DNA of 64,000 nucleotides from NCBI GenBank assembly GCA_965248575.1, contig CBDFJQ010000002.1:4960001-5024000 (forward strand), written 5' to 3'. This document shows positions 46,283 to 55,613 of the stretch, piece after piece; position 1 is the first letter of the stretch; each line of letters opens with the position of its first letter. This DNA comes from Planctomycetota bacterium (GTDB lineage Bacteria > Planctomycetota > B15-G4). Below the pieces are notes generated by a model, which did no database searches, was not told the DNA's origin, and saw only the letters and a list, made by a program, of their open reading frames with translations. The translations under genes and the position numbers were made by a program.

Positions 46283-48280
46283 ATGGATACATTCCCTGCC
46301 CCTTCACTGAGCAACACCTGGTTGGCGTACACCGTCCTGCCCCTCGTCCTGCTCGCGGCTTTCCTTCCGGCGTGCGCGGACTCAGGGGCCGACGATGTCT
46401 CGCGTCGCAAGCCCGAGGTCGGGCCCCTGTCGCGCCAACGCGTTGCTGCGAGTATGGCGACGTGTGCCGAATGCCACGCTGGCATCGTCGAGAAGTACAT
46501 GGGGCACGGCATGGCCCACACCCTGGGGCCGCTGGAAGATCCCCCCCGAGGGAGCTTCACCCATCCCGTGAGCGGCGACGTCTACAGTTTCGAGCAACAG
46601 GGCGAACGCCTGCTCATGCGCCACAAGCGGCCGGACGGCGGGACCCGGGTCCAGGAAGTGTTGGGCCGCTATGGGGCTGGTGTGATGGACATGTCGTTCA
46701 TCGGCAGTGAGTTGAATCGCGACGGAGAGCCGGTGGGTCGCTTGAACTTCCTGCCCCTCGAGCGCCTGCGCGGCCATGGGCTCGACCTCGCCCCCTTCGA
46801 GATCGATGAGCCGGGGACCGGCTTCAACATGCCGTTCGCGGGGGAGTGCCTGAGCTGTCACAGCACCCAGGACCCGGCGCACCTTCCGGGGGCGGCGCGG
46901 GACTCCGAAAGTGGAACGGTGTGGCCCGGGGAGTTCCTGGGCGCTGACGCTTTCGATCACTTGCAGCCGCTGGCCTGCGATGCTTGCCATGGGGCGACGG
47001 ACCGGCATGCCGAGCTGATGCTGGCGTCCTTCGAGAGCCGCTTACCGGCCACCGAGCTGGGCTTGCAGCGGCTGGGCGAGCTTCCGGCGGGGCAGCAGCG
47101 CGACGTCTGTGCGAAGTGCCACCTGCAGGGCGATGGCCAGGTGCAGCTTGGGAAGACGGCTCGAGGTGGTCCCCAGCCCGCGGATTTCCTGCTGCGACGC
47201 CCCGTCTTGGTTTCCGCCAAGCCGGGCGATGACTTCCACTTCGTTAGCCAGGTCCAGCGCCTCAGTCTTTCCGAGTGCTTCCAGAACTCATCAGAGATGA
47301 CCTGCATCAGCTGCCACGACCCGCACAGTTCGGTGGCGGCGCAGACGACGACGAGCTTCGACATGCGTTGCATGACGTGTCACTCGTCGGAAGCTGCGTG
47401 TGCGCGCCCGCCGGCACTGTCCGTGCAGGACGTCACGGGCGAAGCAGCTCGGACGAGCTCTGGCTGTGTGGACTGCCACGTGCGTCGAAGCCAGCCCTTC
47501 GACCTCCCGCATGTACGAACGGCGGATCACTTCGTGCGGCGCAGCATTCCGCTTCCGGAGGTCATGCCCATGCGCGTGATGGAAGAGATTGGCGGTTCGC
47601 TGACGGTGTTCGACGATGGACGGTTCGAGGATCTGCTGTCGTCGCCTGAGGGCCGTGAGTGGGTGGACACCCTGGTCGGGTTGCGCCTGGCAAGCCTCGG
47701 CTTCTCGAGCCGCGCAGAGGCCCTGACCGGCTCGATGGCACCTCCAGGGAGCATCCTGTCGACGCGACCAGAGCTGGAATCGCTGCTGCCGTCGCTACGC
47801 CGCGCTGCGGTCATCCATCACCTGCGCGGCCTCATGTTGGAAGCGCGCGGTGATGCTCAGGGCGCCCGGGCCGCTTACAGCGATGCCCTGCGCGTGGACC
47901 CATCCCACCCTCAAGCGCGCCTGAACCGCGGTAGCCTCGAGCTGGATCTCGGGAACATCGACGCGGCCTTGGCCGACGCCGATGAGCTGGAGCGCCGCTA
48001 TCCGCGAGCCGAGAAGCCCTGGAACCTGCGCGCGTTGGCGGCTGCACGAACCCGCCAGATGTCCGCCATGGCAGCCGCGCTGATCCAATCGACATGGTTG
48101 TGGCCCGGCGACCCCGCGGCATGGCAGATGCTGGGTCAGGCGTTCCTTGAGTTGGATCGGCCAGCAGATGCCGCCACAGCGCTCGCCGAGGCCATGCGCA
48201 TGCAACCGACGCGGCCTCAGTTGTCGCAGGAGTTCCAGCGCGCCCGGGCAGCACTGCCAGAATCGGGTGCCCCTCCCTAG
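46283..48280 (+). CDS. Multiheme (7 CxxCH) cytochrome c lipoprotein with C-terminal TPR repeats
   Basis: CAECH, CLSCH, CDACH, CAKCH, CISCH, CMTCH, CVDCH; LPAC lipobox-like site; TPR patterns at the C-terminus. Confidence 0.9.
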   Translation: MDTFPAPSLSNTWLAYTVLPLVLLAAFLPACADSGADDVSRRKPEVGPLSRQRVAASMATCAECHAGIVEKYMGHGMAHTLGPLEDPPRGSFTHPVSGDVYSFEQQGERLLMRHKRPDGGTRVQEVLGRYGAGVMDMSFIGSELNRDGEPVGRLNFLPLERLRGHGLDLAPFEIDEPGTGFNMPFAGECLSCHSTQDPAHLPGAARDSESGTVWPGEFLGADAFDHLQPLACDACHGATDRHAELMLASFESRLPATELGLQRLGELPAGQQRDVCAKCHLQGDGQVQLGKTARGGPQPADFLLRRPVLVSAKPGDDFHFVSQVQRLSLSECFQNSSEMTCISCHDPHSSVAAQTTTSFDMRCMTCHSSEAACARPPALSVQDVTGEAARTSSGCVDCHVRRSQPFDLPHVRTADHFVRRSIPLPEVMPMRVMEEIGGSLTVFDDGRFEDLLSSPEGREWVDTLVGLRLASLGFSSRAEALTGSMAPPGSILSTRPELESLLPSLRRAAVIHHLRGLMLEARGDAQGARAAYSDALRVDPSHPQARLNRGSLELDLGNIDAALADADELERRYPRAEKPWNLRALAAARTRQMSAMAAALIQSTWLWPGDPAAWQMLGQAFLELDRPADAATALAEAMRMQPTRPQLSQEFQRARAALPESGAPP

Positions 48281-48441
48281 TTTCTGAGCGCGGATTTTCT
48301 TGGGTACACGAGCTGGCAAGACTGCCGGGGATCGGAGGCCCGTGATACACCGGAGTGCCACCCACGGGTCGGGCCGATGCCGTTTGCCGGAGGGCAATGC
48401 CGCGCTGAGCCGGGCCTGAGTCAGGGCCCACGGGCCGTTGG

Positions 48442-48470
48442 GAACAGTCGAGAACAGTCGAGAACAGTCG
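48442..48470 (+). repeat. GAACAGTCG(A) x3 tandem repeat with 10-bp period, abutting a start codon
   Basis: gaacagtcga gaacagtcga gaacagtcg t ATG. Confidence 0.85.
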
Positions 48471-48471
48471 T

Positions 48472-49002
48472 ATGGGTTTCAGGGAGAAGTTCAGCCGCCG
48501 CATTCCGCTGCCCAAATGGCTGCACTCGGCCCAGCACGACATCCCCTTTGTCGTCTGCACTGTGTGTGATGGTCGGCTGGCGACGAGCGGTCTGTACACC
48601 ATCATGAAGGCGTTCCGGGGCGAGGAGTGCATCTTCGAGATGGCCATCTGCGCCAAGTGCTCTGAATCGGAGATGGAGAAGTGGTCGACTGCATCGCGCA
48701 AAGCGGCCAGCGACTTCCGGGCCAGCCGACGCGAACACGAAGGGTGTGACGGTTGCCAGACCTGTGGTTCTGGCCTGAATGAGGTGCGTGGCGTGGCGGT
48801 GCATGCCCATTGCCGAGCAGGCCAGCTGCTGGGCGTGACCCATATGTGCACTGCCTGCGAGGAGGCTCTTCACGAACGGCTCTCGCCCAAGACAAGGGAA
48901 GAGAACGACCGATTCATGAAGACCCATTTCCCGGAACCGCCCTGGATGTCCGAGACGCCGAGTCCCGAGCCGGTCTCGGTTTCGGGTCCAGGGGTGTTCT
49001 AG
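48472..49002 (+). CDS. Hypothetical double zinc-finger protein
   Basis: CTVC..CAKC and CQTC..CTAC pairs, in two similar halves. Confidence 0.8.
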   Translation: MGFREKFSRRIPLPKWLHSAQHDIPFVVCTVCDGRLATSGLYTIMKAFRGEECIFEMAICAKCSESEMEKWSTASRKAASDFRASRREHEGCDGCQTCGSGLNEVRGVAVHAHCRAGQLLGVTHMCTACEEALHERLSPKTREENDRFMKTHFPEPPWMSETPSPEPVSVSGPGVF

Positions 49003-49192
49003 GCCTCGAGCCAAGAGCCTACGCCGGGGTGGAGCAGCGCTTTGCTTGCCGGTCATTCTCGGCCTGGAGCATCGATTTCAGTGTCCAATCGGGCTTGAGG
49101 TCCGCTCAAGGGCGGGCCCCGCCCTGGCCGATAGCGGTCGACGGTGCGGGAGGCCCCTCCTGTCGCCCGTAGTCCCGCAGAGCGGAGGAACC

Positions 49193-49915
49193 ATGACTGG
49201 TCCGTCGAAACCAACCGCTGCCCCGAACCGGCGGCGCAAGAAGTTCATTCGCCCAGACGTCCAGCTGAAGGTGGTCTTCGTGACCCTGTTCGTGACCTGC
49301 CTGGCGCTCGTCGTGAACTTGCGCATGAGCGTTGAGAGCTTGGAGCAGATCTCCACCACCCTGACGAAGAGCCACACGGTGTTCGAAGTCCTGAATCTGG
49401 TGGAGGCTGCGACCCTGCGCAGCCTGCTCCTCACCTTGGTGATTTCGATCCCGCTGGCCGTGGGTTTCGGTGTGGCCTACTCGTTTCGCTTCGCGGGCCC
49501 TGTCTACCGCTTCGAACAGTTCTTCGACGGCTTGAAAGCCGGGCGATGGGACAAGGCTTGCACCCTGCGCAAAAATGATCTGCTCGTAGACGTGGCCGGG
49601 TCCATCAATGAGGGCATGGAGCAGGTGGGTGCCCGGATCCAGGAGGATCAAGCCATCTTGCAGGATGTGAAGCACCTGCTCGGCACGAGCGTCCTGGCGA
49701 CCGATGACGCTTCGGCACCGATGATCAAGCGGCTTCAGGAACGGATTGCGACTTCGGAGGAACAATTCGCCGCGCGCTTCCCGGACGGCGCAGAGACGGC
49801 TGGCGAGAATTCCTCATCAGAGCATCGGGGTGACGTTCGGGTTCCAGCCAGGGGAGCCGATGTGGTCTCCCATGAGAACTCCAGCGACAAGTCTTCCGTG
49901 GACCAGAAGAGCTAG
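49193..49915 (+). CDS. Two-TM membrane protein with a HAMP-like domain
   Basis: GGAGG RBS; RRRKKFI...QLK, two TMs, RFAGPVYRF...LRKND. Confidence 0.8.
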   Translation: MTGPSKPTAAPNRRRKKFIRPDVQLKVVFVTLFVTCLALVVNLRMSVESLEQISTTLTKSHTVFEVLNLVEAATLRSLLLTLVISIPLAVGFGVAYSFRFAGPVYRFEQFFDGLKAGRWDKACTLRKNDLLVDVAGSINEGMEQVGARIQEDQAILQDVKHLLGTSVLATDDASAPMIKRLQERIATSEEQFAARFPDGAETAGENSSSEHRGDVRVPARGADVVSHENSSDKSSVDQKS

Positions 49916-49930
49916 CGCTCAGACGACACC

Positions 49931-50995
49931 ATGGCTGCCGTACACCACCCCTTGCGTGACCCAAGCCAGTCAGGCTTTACGGTCGTGGCGATCCTGATCC
50001 TGGTTTCGATCATGGCATCGATGGCCGCCACCTTCTCGCGCCACGTGATCGTGGACTCCCAAGCCACGATCGTCTCTTCCACCATGCTCGACTCGGCCGT
50101 GCTGTTGGACTCGGAGCGCGACTTCGTCCTGCAATCACAGCGTGTCGGGCGAACAGTCTCGAAGCAGTCGGTCGATTCGGCGCTCTCGGTCGGGAAGCTC
50201 GGGGACGGGATTCAAAAGTCCCATGCTGAGAAGAAGATGGTGCTTGCAGACATGGTTGACGGTGAGCGCTCCAAGGTGTTCAGCCAGGTCTTGGCGAAAA
50301 ACGGTCTCGGCGCCACACGTCTGCTTGAAACGGCTCGGGTGCCTGCTGTCCTGACGTCCGCTCCTGATGAGCTGCCATCTCTCGACACCACGGTGGCCTG
50401 GAACGTCCTCAATGACGTCGACATCGAGGTGCTTCAAGTCACCACCGATCTCACCCTGAGTGGAGTCGAGTTCGAGGGTGTTCTCGTGGTCCACGAGTCT
50501 GTAGTGCTGACACTGAACGATGTCATTGTTCGTGGCGCCATCCTCTCCGCCGCGAGTTCGTCGGACTCCGTGTTGTCCGCACACAGCCAGTTCTCGCAGC
50601 CGCAGGTGGTGTTCACGGGCGTCACGCGCCTGCTGGAGGCCGACTTCTTGCCCGGCCTGGCCATCCACATGCCCGATGGGCGAGTCGTCGCGGACCACGC
50701 ACTCGCACGTGTCGAGATTCGCGGAGACATCGTGGCGCACTCTCTGAGCCTTCAGTCCAAGGGCAGCTTCGAAGGCAACTCAGCCACCGTCCAGGACCCC
50801 GTCATCGGTGCCTCTGTCGACAGGATCGGCGCCGGGCGGACCCCTCGTGAATGGTCGTCCGTCCTCGACCATCAAGGAGTATGGGAGGCGCAGTTCATCG
50901 CCGTGATCCCCAGGGAGCTGGAGCTCTCGGACGTTACGGCCATCACCCAGTTCAGCTTGCCTGCCAAGAGCAGTGCAGATGCGGGGGACTCATGA
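49931..50995 (+). CDS. PilX/GspK-like minor pilin with beta-helix-like repeats
   Basis: G|FTVVAILILV prepilin-like leader without E5, as in PilX/GspK; GVLVV/GAIL/GDIVA repeats. Confidence 0.72.
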   Translation: MAAVHHPLRDPSQSGFTVVAILILVSIMASMAATFSRHVIVDSQATIVSSTMLDSAVLLDSERDFVLQSQRVGRTVSKQSVDSALSVGKLGDGIQKSHAEKKMVLADMVDGERSKVFSQVLAKNGLGATRLLETARVPAVLTSAPDELPSLDTTVAWNVLNDVDIEVLQVTTDLTLSGVEFEGVLVVHESVVLTLNDVIVRGAILSAASSSDSVLSAHSQFSQPQVVFTGVTRLLEADFLPGLAIHMPDGRVVADHALARVEIRGDIVAHSLSLQSKGSFEGNSATVQDPVIGASVDRIGAGRTPREWSSVLDHQGVWEAQFIAVIPRELELSDVTAITQFSLPAKSSADAGDS

Positions 50996-51486
50996 ACACT
51001 CCACGTCGGGTGACAAGGGAGGCTCGCGGGTTCACCTTGGTCGAGATGCTCGTGGTCATCACCTTGATCGGCATGATGGCGGCAACGGCGACAACTGCGG
51101 CGTCGGAATCCGGTGACTTTCGGCTGAATCTCATCCAGACCGAAGTCTGCGATGCCTTGGAGTACGCCAAGGCTCTTTCCCGATCGACACGAGAGGCATA
51201 CGGAGTCGTCTTCGAGGCCTCTTCGGAGCGCCTGGCCATCGTGGACGAGAGTGGAAACCTGGTCGTCGATCCGTTGACGAAGGGGGACTACATCATCGAT
51301 TTCACACAGCCCCAGTATCCGCCGGGCATCAACATCGTGAGTGCCAGCTTTGGTGATGCCGGCTCGGCGCTTGTGGTGGACCCCGATGGGGTGGCCATGG
51401 CCGGGGGGAGCATCGTGCTCAGCTTTGCCGGTGTGAGTCGCACCCTGACCATCGACCTTGCAACTGCTTCGCTCTCCGCTTCTTGA
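50992..51486 (+). CDS. FimT/FimU/GspH-like minor pilin
   Basis: G|FTLVEMLVV; LEYAKALS, YGVVF, DPDG...GGSIVL, RTLTI; ATGA overlap with the upstream gene. Confidence 0.85.
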   Translation: MNTPRRVTREARGFTLVEMLVVITLIGMMAATATTAASESGDFRLNLIQTEVCDALEYAKALSRSTREAYGVVFEASSERLAIVDESGNLVVDPLTKGDYIIDFTQPQYPPGINIVSASFGDAGSALVVDPDGVAMAGGSIVLSFAGVSRTLTIDLATASLSAS

Positions 51487-51496
51487 GCTGATAGCA

Positions 51497-53044
51497 ATGA
51501 ACAATACATCCAAACCCCATTCACGGGGATCCCAAGACGATCTCGGCTTCACGCTCATGGAGCTGATGATTGCCGTGGCCATGGGTTCCATTCTCATTAT
51601 CGCCCTCGCGAACATGGCCGGCTTCTTCGGCTCTCAGGTCCACTCGATCTCGACCGAGATTGACCGCGAGATGGAGGAGAGCCTCACGACCATCAGCCAT
51701 GCTGTGCAGGAAGCATGGGTCGTTGAGAAGGTCGAAGAGTCGGAACTCGCCATCTACAACGCTCTCGGTGAGAGCACCACGTATTGGCTCGACGAGAACA
51801 TCCTGAAGGTCACCCGCCCCTCCGGCGTGACCGGCGTGCTGATGGAGGAGGTCGAGAGCGTGTCCTTCGACGTGGGCAACATCGCCCGCTTCCGGGATGA
51901 CACGCCACTCGACTCCTATGGTGATGTCTGGCAGAACCGCATCAGCAACGCCCCCAGCCTGTCGGTGACAATTCTGGGGGGTGCCACTTACACCGAGGAG
52001 GATCCTCCGTACTACGATCCGTCTGGTGTGCCCGGCGTGTTGATGGATGGGGATCGTATCGCCATGGGATTCACGGTGCTCTCCCTGGCACCGCAGGACC
52101 TGTCTCCTGTTGCTGACGTTCAGGAGCAGATCCAAGGAGTGAACCTGGGACGCGTGTTGTTGCCCGTGACCGTCCTGTCGCAACTTCCATCTCCTCCTTT
52201 CTCGAGCCTTGGCCAAAGTGGACCGGGCAACTCGGGCGACAACGGCAACTCGGGCGACAACGGCAACTCGGGCGACAACGGCAACTCGGGCGACAACGGC
52301 AACTCGGGCGACAACGGCAACTCGGGCAAGGTGTCGATTTGCCACCGGCCTCCGGGAAACCCAGCCAACGCGCACACCATCTCGGTGGGTTCGGGCGCAG
52401 TCGCGGCTCACCTCGCCCATGGCGACGTGCTTGGCGGTTGCCCAAGTCCAACGCCTGGCACCCTGCACTTGGACCTGTTCCAGGCGCGCGGCCCGGATGA
52501 CGGCCGCCCCTATGGCGCTGTGCTCGGCACGACCTCCGTCGTCGTCTCGGGCTTGCCCACGGCGGACTACAGTTTCACCGGCATGAGCGGTACCGGAGAT
52601 GCGGTGGTCTACGGATCCTCCGGCGCAGCGCTCGTGATTGATGCCCCGGAAGTGGACGTGCCCTTCGACCTGACCCCCCTGGGCGCCGTCGTGCAGCCGG
52701 GCGTGCCCTACACCCTGGTCCTGCGCTACACAGGTGGCGGAGCGATCATGATGCGCCGCGATGTCTCTGCCGTATCAGCCGTCTCAGGCGTCGCGGCGCT
52801 CTGGTCGGGTGCCTCCTCGTTTGATGCAGAGCCGATCGAAGTCGATCTCGCGTTCGACGGCACGCTCACTGTGTCCCAGACCCGAGCCATCGAAACCGTG
52901 CTGCGCGTGACTTCACGCATCGAGATGTTGGATGGTCGGGTCGTCGCCGGCTCCTCCATCGTTTCGTCTCAGGCTGCCGTGACAGAGCCCTGGTACGGCC
53001 AAGTGCCAGGCGAAATCCCTGACCTCGAACTGCGCGGCCAATAG
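51497..53044 (+). CDS. PilW/GspJ-like minor pilin with a large C-terminal region, GNSGDN repeats and a Cys/His module
   Basis: G|FTLMELMIAV; about 515 aa. Confidence 0.82.
   Translation: MNNTSKPHSRGSQDDLGFTLMELMIAVAMGSILIIALANMAGFFGSQVHSISTEIDREMEESLTTISHAVQEAWVVEKVEESELAIYNALGESTTYWLDENILKVTRPSGVTGVLMEEVESVSFDVGNIARFRDDTPLDSYGDVWQNRISNAPSLSVTILGGATYTEEDPPYYDPSGVPGVLMDGDRIAMGFTVLSLAPQDLSPVADVQEQIQGVNLGRVLLPVTVLSQLPSPPFSSLGQSGPGNSGDNGNSGDNGNSGDNGNSGDNGNSGDNGNSGKVSICHRPPGNPANAHTISVGSGAVAAHLAHGDVLGGCPSPTPGTLHLDLFQARGPDDGRPYGAVLGTTSVVVSGLPTADYSFTGMSGTGDAVVYGSSGAALVIDAPEVDVPFDLTPLGAVVQPGVPYTLVLRYTGGGAIMMRRDVSAVSAVSGVAALWSGASSFDAEPIEVDLAFDGTLTVSQTRAIETVLRVTSRIEMLDGRVVAGSSIVSSQAAVTEPWYGQVPGEIPDLELRGQ
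52226..52327 (+). repeat. Perfect 18-bp coding VNTR, 5 full copies plus 12 bp
   Basis: GGCAACTCGGGCGACAAC repeated; encodes (GNSGDN)5GNSG. Confidence 0.97.
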
Positions 53045-53050
53045 GAGCAA

Positions 53051-53599
53051 GTGTTGATGAAGACCACAGAGCGTGCTCCAACCTTGCCCCAAGTTCCTCA
53101 CTTGAAGCGCCCGCCACGCAGGTCGCAGCGAGGCTTCTCGCTGATCGAAGTGATGTTGGCCACCCTGCTCATGGGCTACGCCATCGCGAGCATGAACGCC
53201 CTCTTCACGGCCGGTCAGAGCAAGGCGGCCATGAACTCCACGCCCACAAATGCTCGCTTCTTGGCCAATGAGATCCGGTTGCTTGCCCAGTTGCTTCCGA
53301 AGGAGCCCAGCGGCACGTCTGCAGTGACCTCGCCCGATGACGTCGTTGCCCTGGACTCGTTGCATGGAGCCGTCTTTTCACCTCCCATCCTCGCCAACCT
53401 GTCCGAGTACGAGAACATGGATGATTGGGAGCAGAGTGTCGCGGTGCGGGTGGCCGCGTTGGCGGCTCCCGAGGCCACCGGCACTGCACTGACCAGCGCC
53501 GGCATCAGCAAGCAGGCGGCCAGCCTGTTCGAAGTGCAGGTCACGGTCTCCTTTGATGGTGAAGTGATCGACACCTGGACGTGGTGGGTCAAGCCCTAG
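53051..53599 (+). CDS. PilV/GspI-like minor pilin
   Basis: AGGAG RBS; G|FSLIEVMLA; ARFLANEI; FEVQVTVSF. Confidence 0.82.
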   Translation: MLMKTTERAPTLPQVPHLKRPPRRSQRGFSLIEVMLATLLMGYAIASMNALFTAGQSKAAMNSTPTNARFLANEIRLLAQLLPKEPSGTSAVTSPDDVVALDSLHGAVFSPPILANLSEYENMDDWEQSVAVRVAALAAPEATGTALTSAGISKQAASLFEVQVTVSFDGEVIDTWTWWVKP

Positions 53600-53829
53600 C
53601 GGCACGACCCTCTAGCGGCACCTGGGGCGAAGACTGGCTGCCGTGCAGCACCCGTGCAAGCGGCGAGCCCCGCTCCGGGCGTGTCTTTCCGATGCCTTGA
53701 GGACTCAGGCGTCACTGTGTCGACGGCTGCCGCTACAATCGCGCGGCGGCCCCGCCGGTTGAGATCTCGCAGACGTCTGGACGAGATGAGGCGTGGCCCG
53801 AGACCCGCCCCGTCCTCCGGACCCCTTGC

Positions 53830-55476
53830 ATGCCCTCCAACGCAGACCGCGTGGTCGAGCGGGACTTCCTCGTCCTGGGGGCCGGTCCTGGTGGAATCCA
53901 GTTGGGAGCGTTCCTGCAGGAGAGCGGGAGCAGCTATCTGGTCCTCGAGGGTTCGGACAAGCTGGCGTCCTTTTTCCGAGAGATGCCGCGCACCCGCAAG
54001 CTGATCTCTTTCAACAAGGTCCACGGTCTCTATGACGATCCCGAGACGCGGCTGCGCTGGGATTGGAACTCGCTGCTGACACCGGACTACAGCCATGAGT
54101 TCAGGGAATTCAGCCAAGCGCTCTATCCACACGCTGACGACATGGTGCGCTACCTGGAATCCTTCGCCCAATATCGCCAGGTCGCGATCCAGACCCAGAC
54201 GCGCATCACGAGCGTGGAGCGGGAGGCAAGCGGTGGCTTCGAGCTGACGGATGCCGACGGCGGGCAGTACCGCTGCAAGGTGCTGGTGATCGCGTCGGGA
54301 TTCAGCCGACCTTTTATCCCGCCAATACCGGGTATCGAGCTGTGTGAGGGGTACGAGAACGCGCCCGTGGACCCGGACGCGTATGTGGGTCAGCGCGTGC
54401 TCATTCTGGGTAAGGGAAACTCGGCCTTCGAGATGGCAGATGTGGCCTTGGAGACCGCTGCGCTGATCCATGTGGCCAGCCCGACCCCGCTCCAACTCGC
54501 TTGGAAGACCAGGCACCCTGGGCACCTGCGGGCGGAGCACACCCGGCTGCTGGACCTCTATCAGCTGAAGACCCTCACAGGGGCTCTGGACTGCAACATC
54601 CTGGGCATCGAACGGGGCGACTCTGGCGGCCTGGTCGCCACGGTGTCCTATGTGCATGCAGACGGGGAGACGGAGGAGCTGGTCTACGACCGCATCATCC
54701 GCTGCACGGGCTTCGCGCTGGATGACAGCTTCTATGGCGAGAGCGCTCGCCCTGAGACGATCCTGGACGGCCGGCTCCCGGCCATCACAGGCATGTGGGA
54801 GTCGTGCAATGTGCCGGACATGTTCTTTGCAGGCACGCTCATGCAGGGGCTCGACTTCAAGCGCTCCTCCTCAGCCTTCATCGACGGCTTTCGATACAAC
54901 GTGCGGACGCTTCACCGCCATTTGATGGCGACCTACGAGGGCCGGCCCATGCCGGCCATCTCGCTAGCCGCGCGTGCCGGGGTTCTGGCCGATCACATCC
55001 TGGAAAGGGTCTGCAGAACGTCTGCCCTGTGGACCCAGTTCGGCTACCTGTGCGACCTGTTCCTGGTGGACCCGGCCGGCTCGGTGGCCTGCCATGAAGA
55101 GATGCCGGCGTACTGGGTGGAACAGCGGTTCCGAGATCAACCCGAGTGCTTCACCCTGACCTTCGAGTGGGGCAGTTGGGACGGCGACGTCTTCGCGATT
55201 CAGCGGCATCCCTCCCATGAGGACGCGGCGACGAACGTTTTTCTGCATCCCGTTGTTCGCCGACGTCGCTTCGGCGAGGTGGTGGCGACACACCACATTC
55301 TCGAGGACCTGTTCGGTACCTATTCAGCAGCAACGGAGTCGGGAATCGTGCAGCGGCGGGGTGGGCGCGACATGGAGCAGTACCACGCCGAGGAACACAG
55401 CGAACCCCTGCGGGCGTTCTTCGCGACGCAGCTCGAACCCGAGGATGAGAACGCGTCGCAGCGCACGCGGTCCTGA
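53830..55476 (+). CDS. FAD/NAD(P)-dependent oxidoreductase (FOXRED2-like)
   Basis: VLGAGPGG, PRTRKLISFNK, WDWNSLL, ILGKGNSAFE, IRCTGF, FIDGFRYNVR, FLHPVVR. Confidence 0.88.
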   Translation: MPSNADRVVERDFLVLGAGPGGIQLGAFLQESGSSYLVLEGSDKLASFFREMPRTRKLISFNKVHGLYDDPETRLRWDWNSLLTPDYSHEFREFSQALYPHADDMVRYLESFAQYRQVAIQTQTRITSVEREASGGFELTDADGGQYRCKVLVIASGFSRPFIPPIPGIELCEGYENAPVDPDAYVGQRVLILGKGNSAFEMADVALETAALIHVASPTPLQLAWKTRHPGHLRAEHTRLLDLYQLKTLTGALDCNILGIERGDSGGLVATVSYVHADGETEELVYDRIIRCTGFALDDSFYGESARPETILDGRLPAITGMWESCNVPDMFFAGTLMQGLDFKRSSSAFIDGFRYNVRTLHRHLMATYEGRPMPAISLAARAGVLADHILERVCRTSALWTQFGYLCDLFLVDPAGSVACHEEMPAYWVEQRFRDQPECFTLTFEWGSWDGDVFAIQRHPSHEDAATNVFLHPVVRRRRFGEVVATHHILEDLFGTYSAATESGIVQRRGGRDMEQYHAEEHSEPLRAFFATQLEPEDENASQRTRS

Positions 55477-55613
55477 GGTCTTTTCCATGTTCCGCAACAC
55501 AGGCGGATCGGCTCATGTAAGGTGATTCGATTCGGTCCTGTAGGGGGGCCATGGTCGTCAATTTCAGGTTGTAGGCGTGTCCAACACGCCCATTTGCTTC
55601 GAGGAGATTCAAC

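Noticed and set aside
52226..52327. 18-bp repeats as a CRISPR array or iterons
   Set aside because: There are no spacers; this is an in-frame coding tandem repeat.
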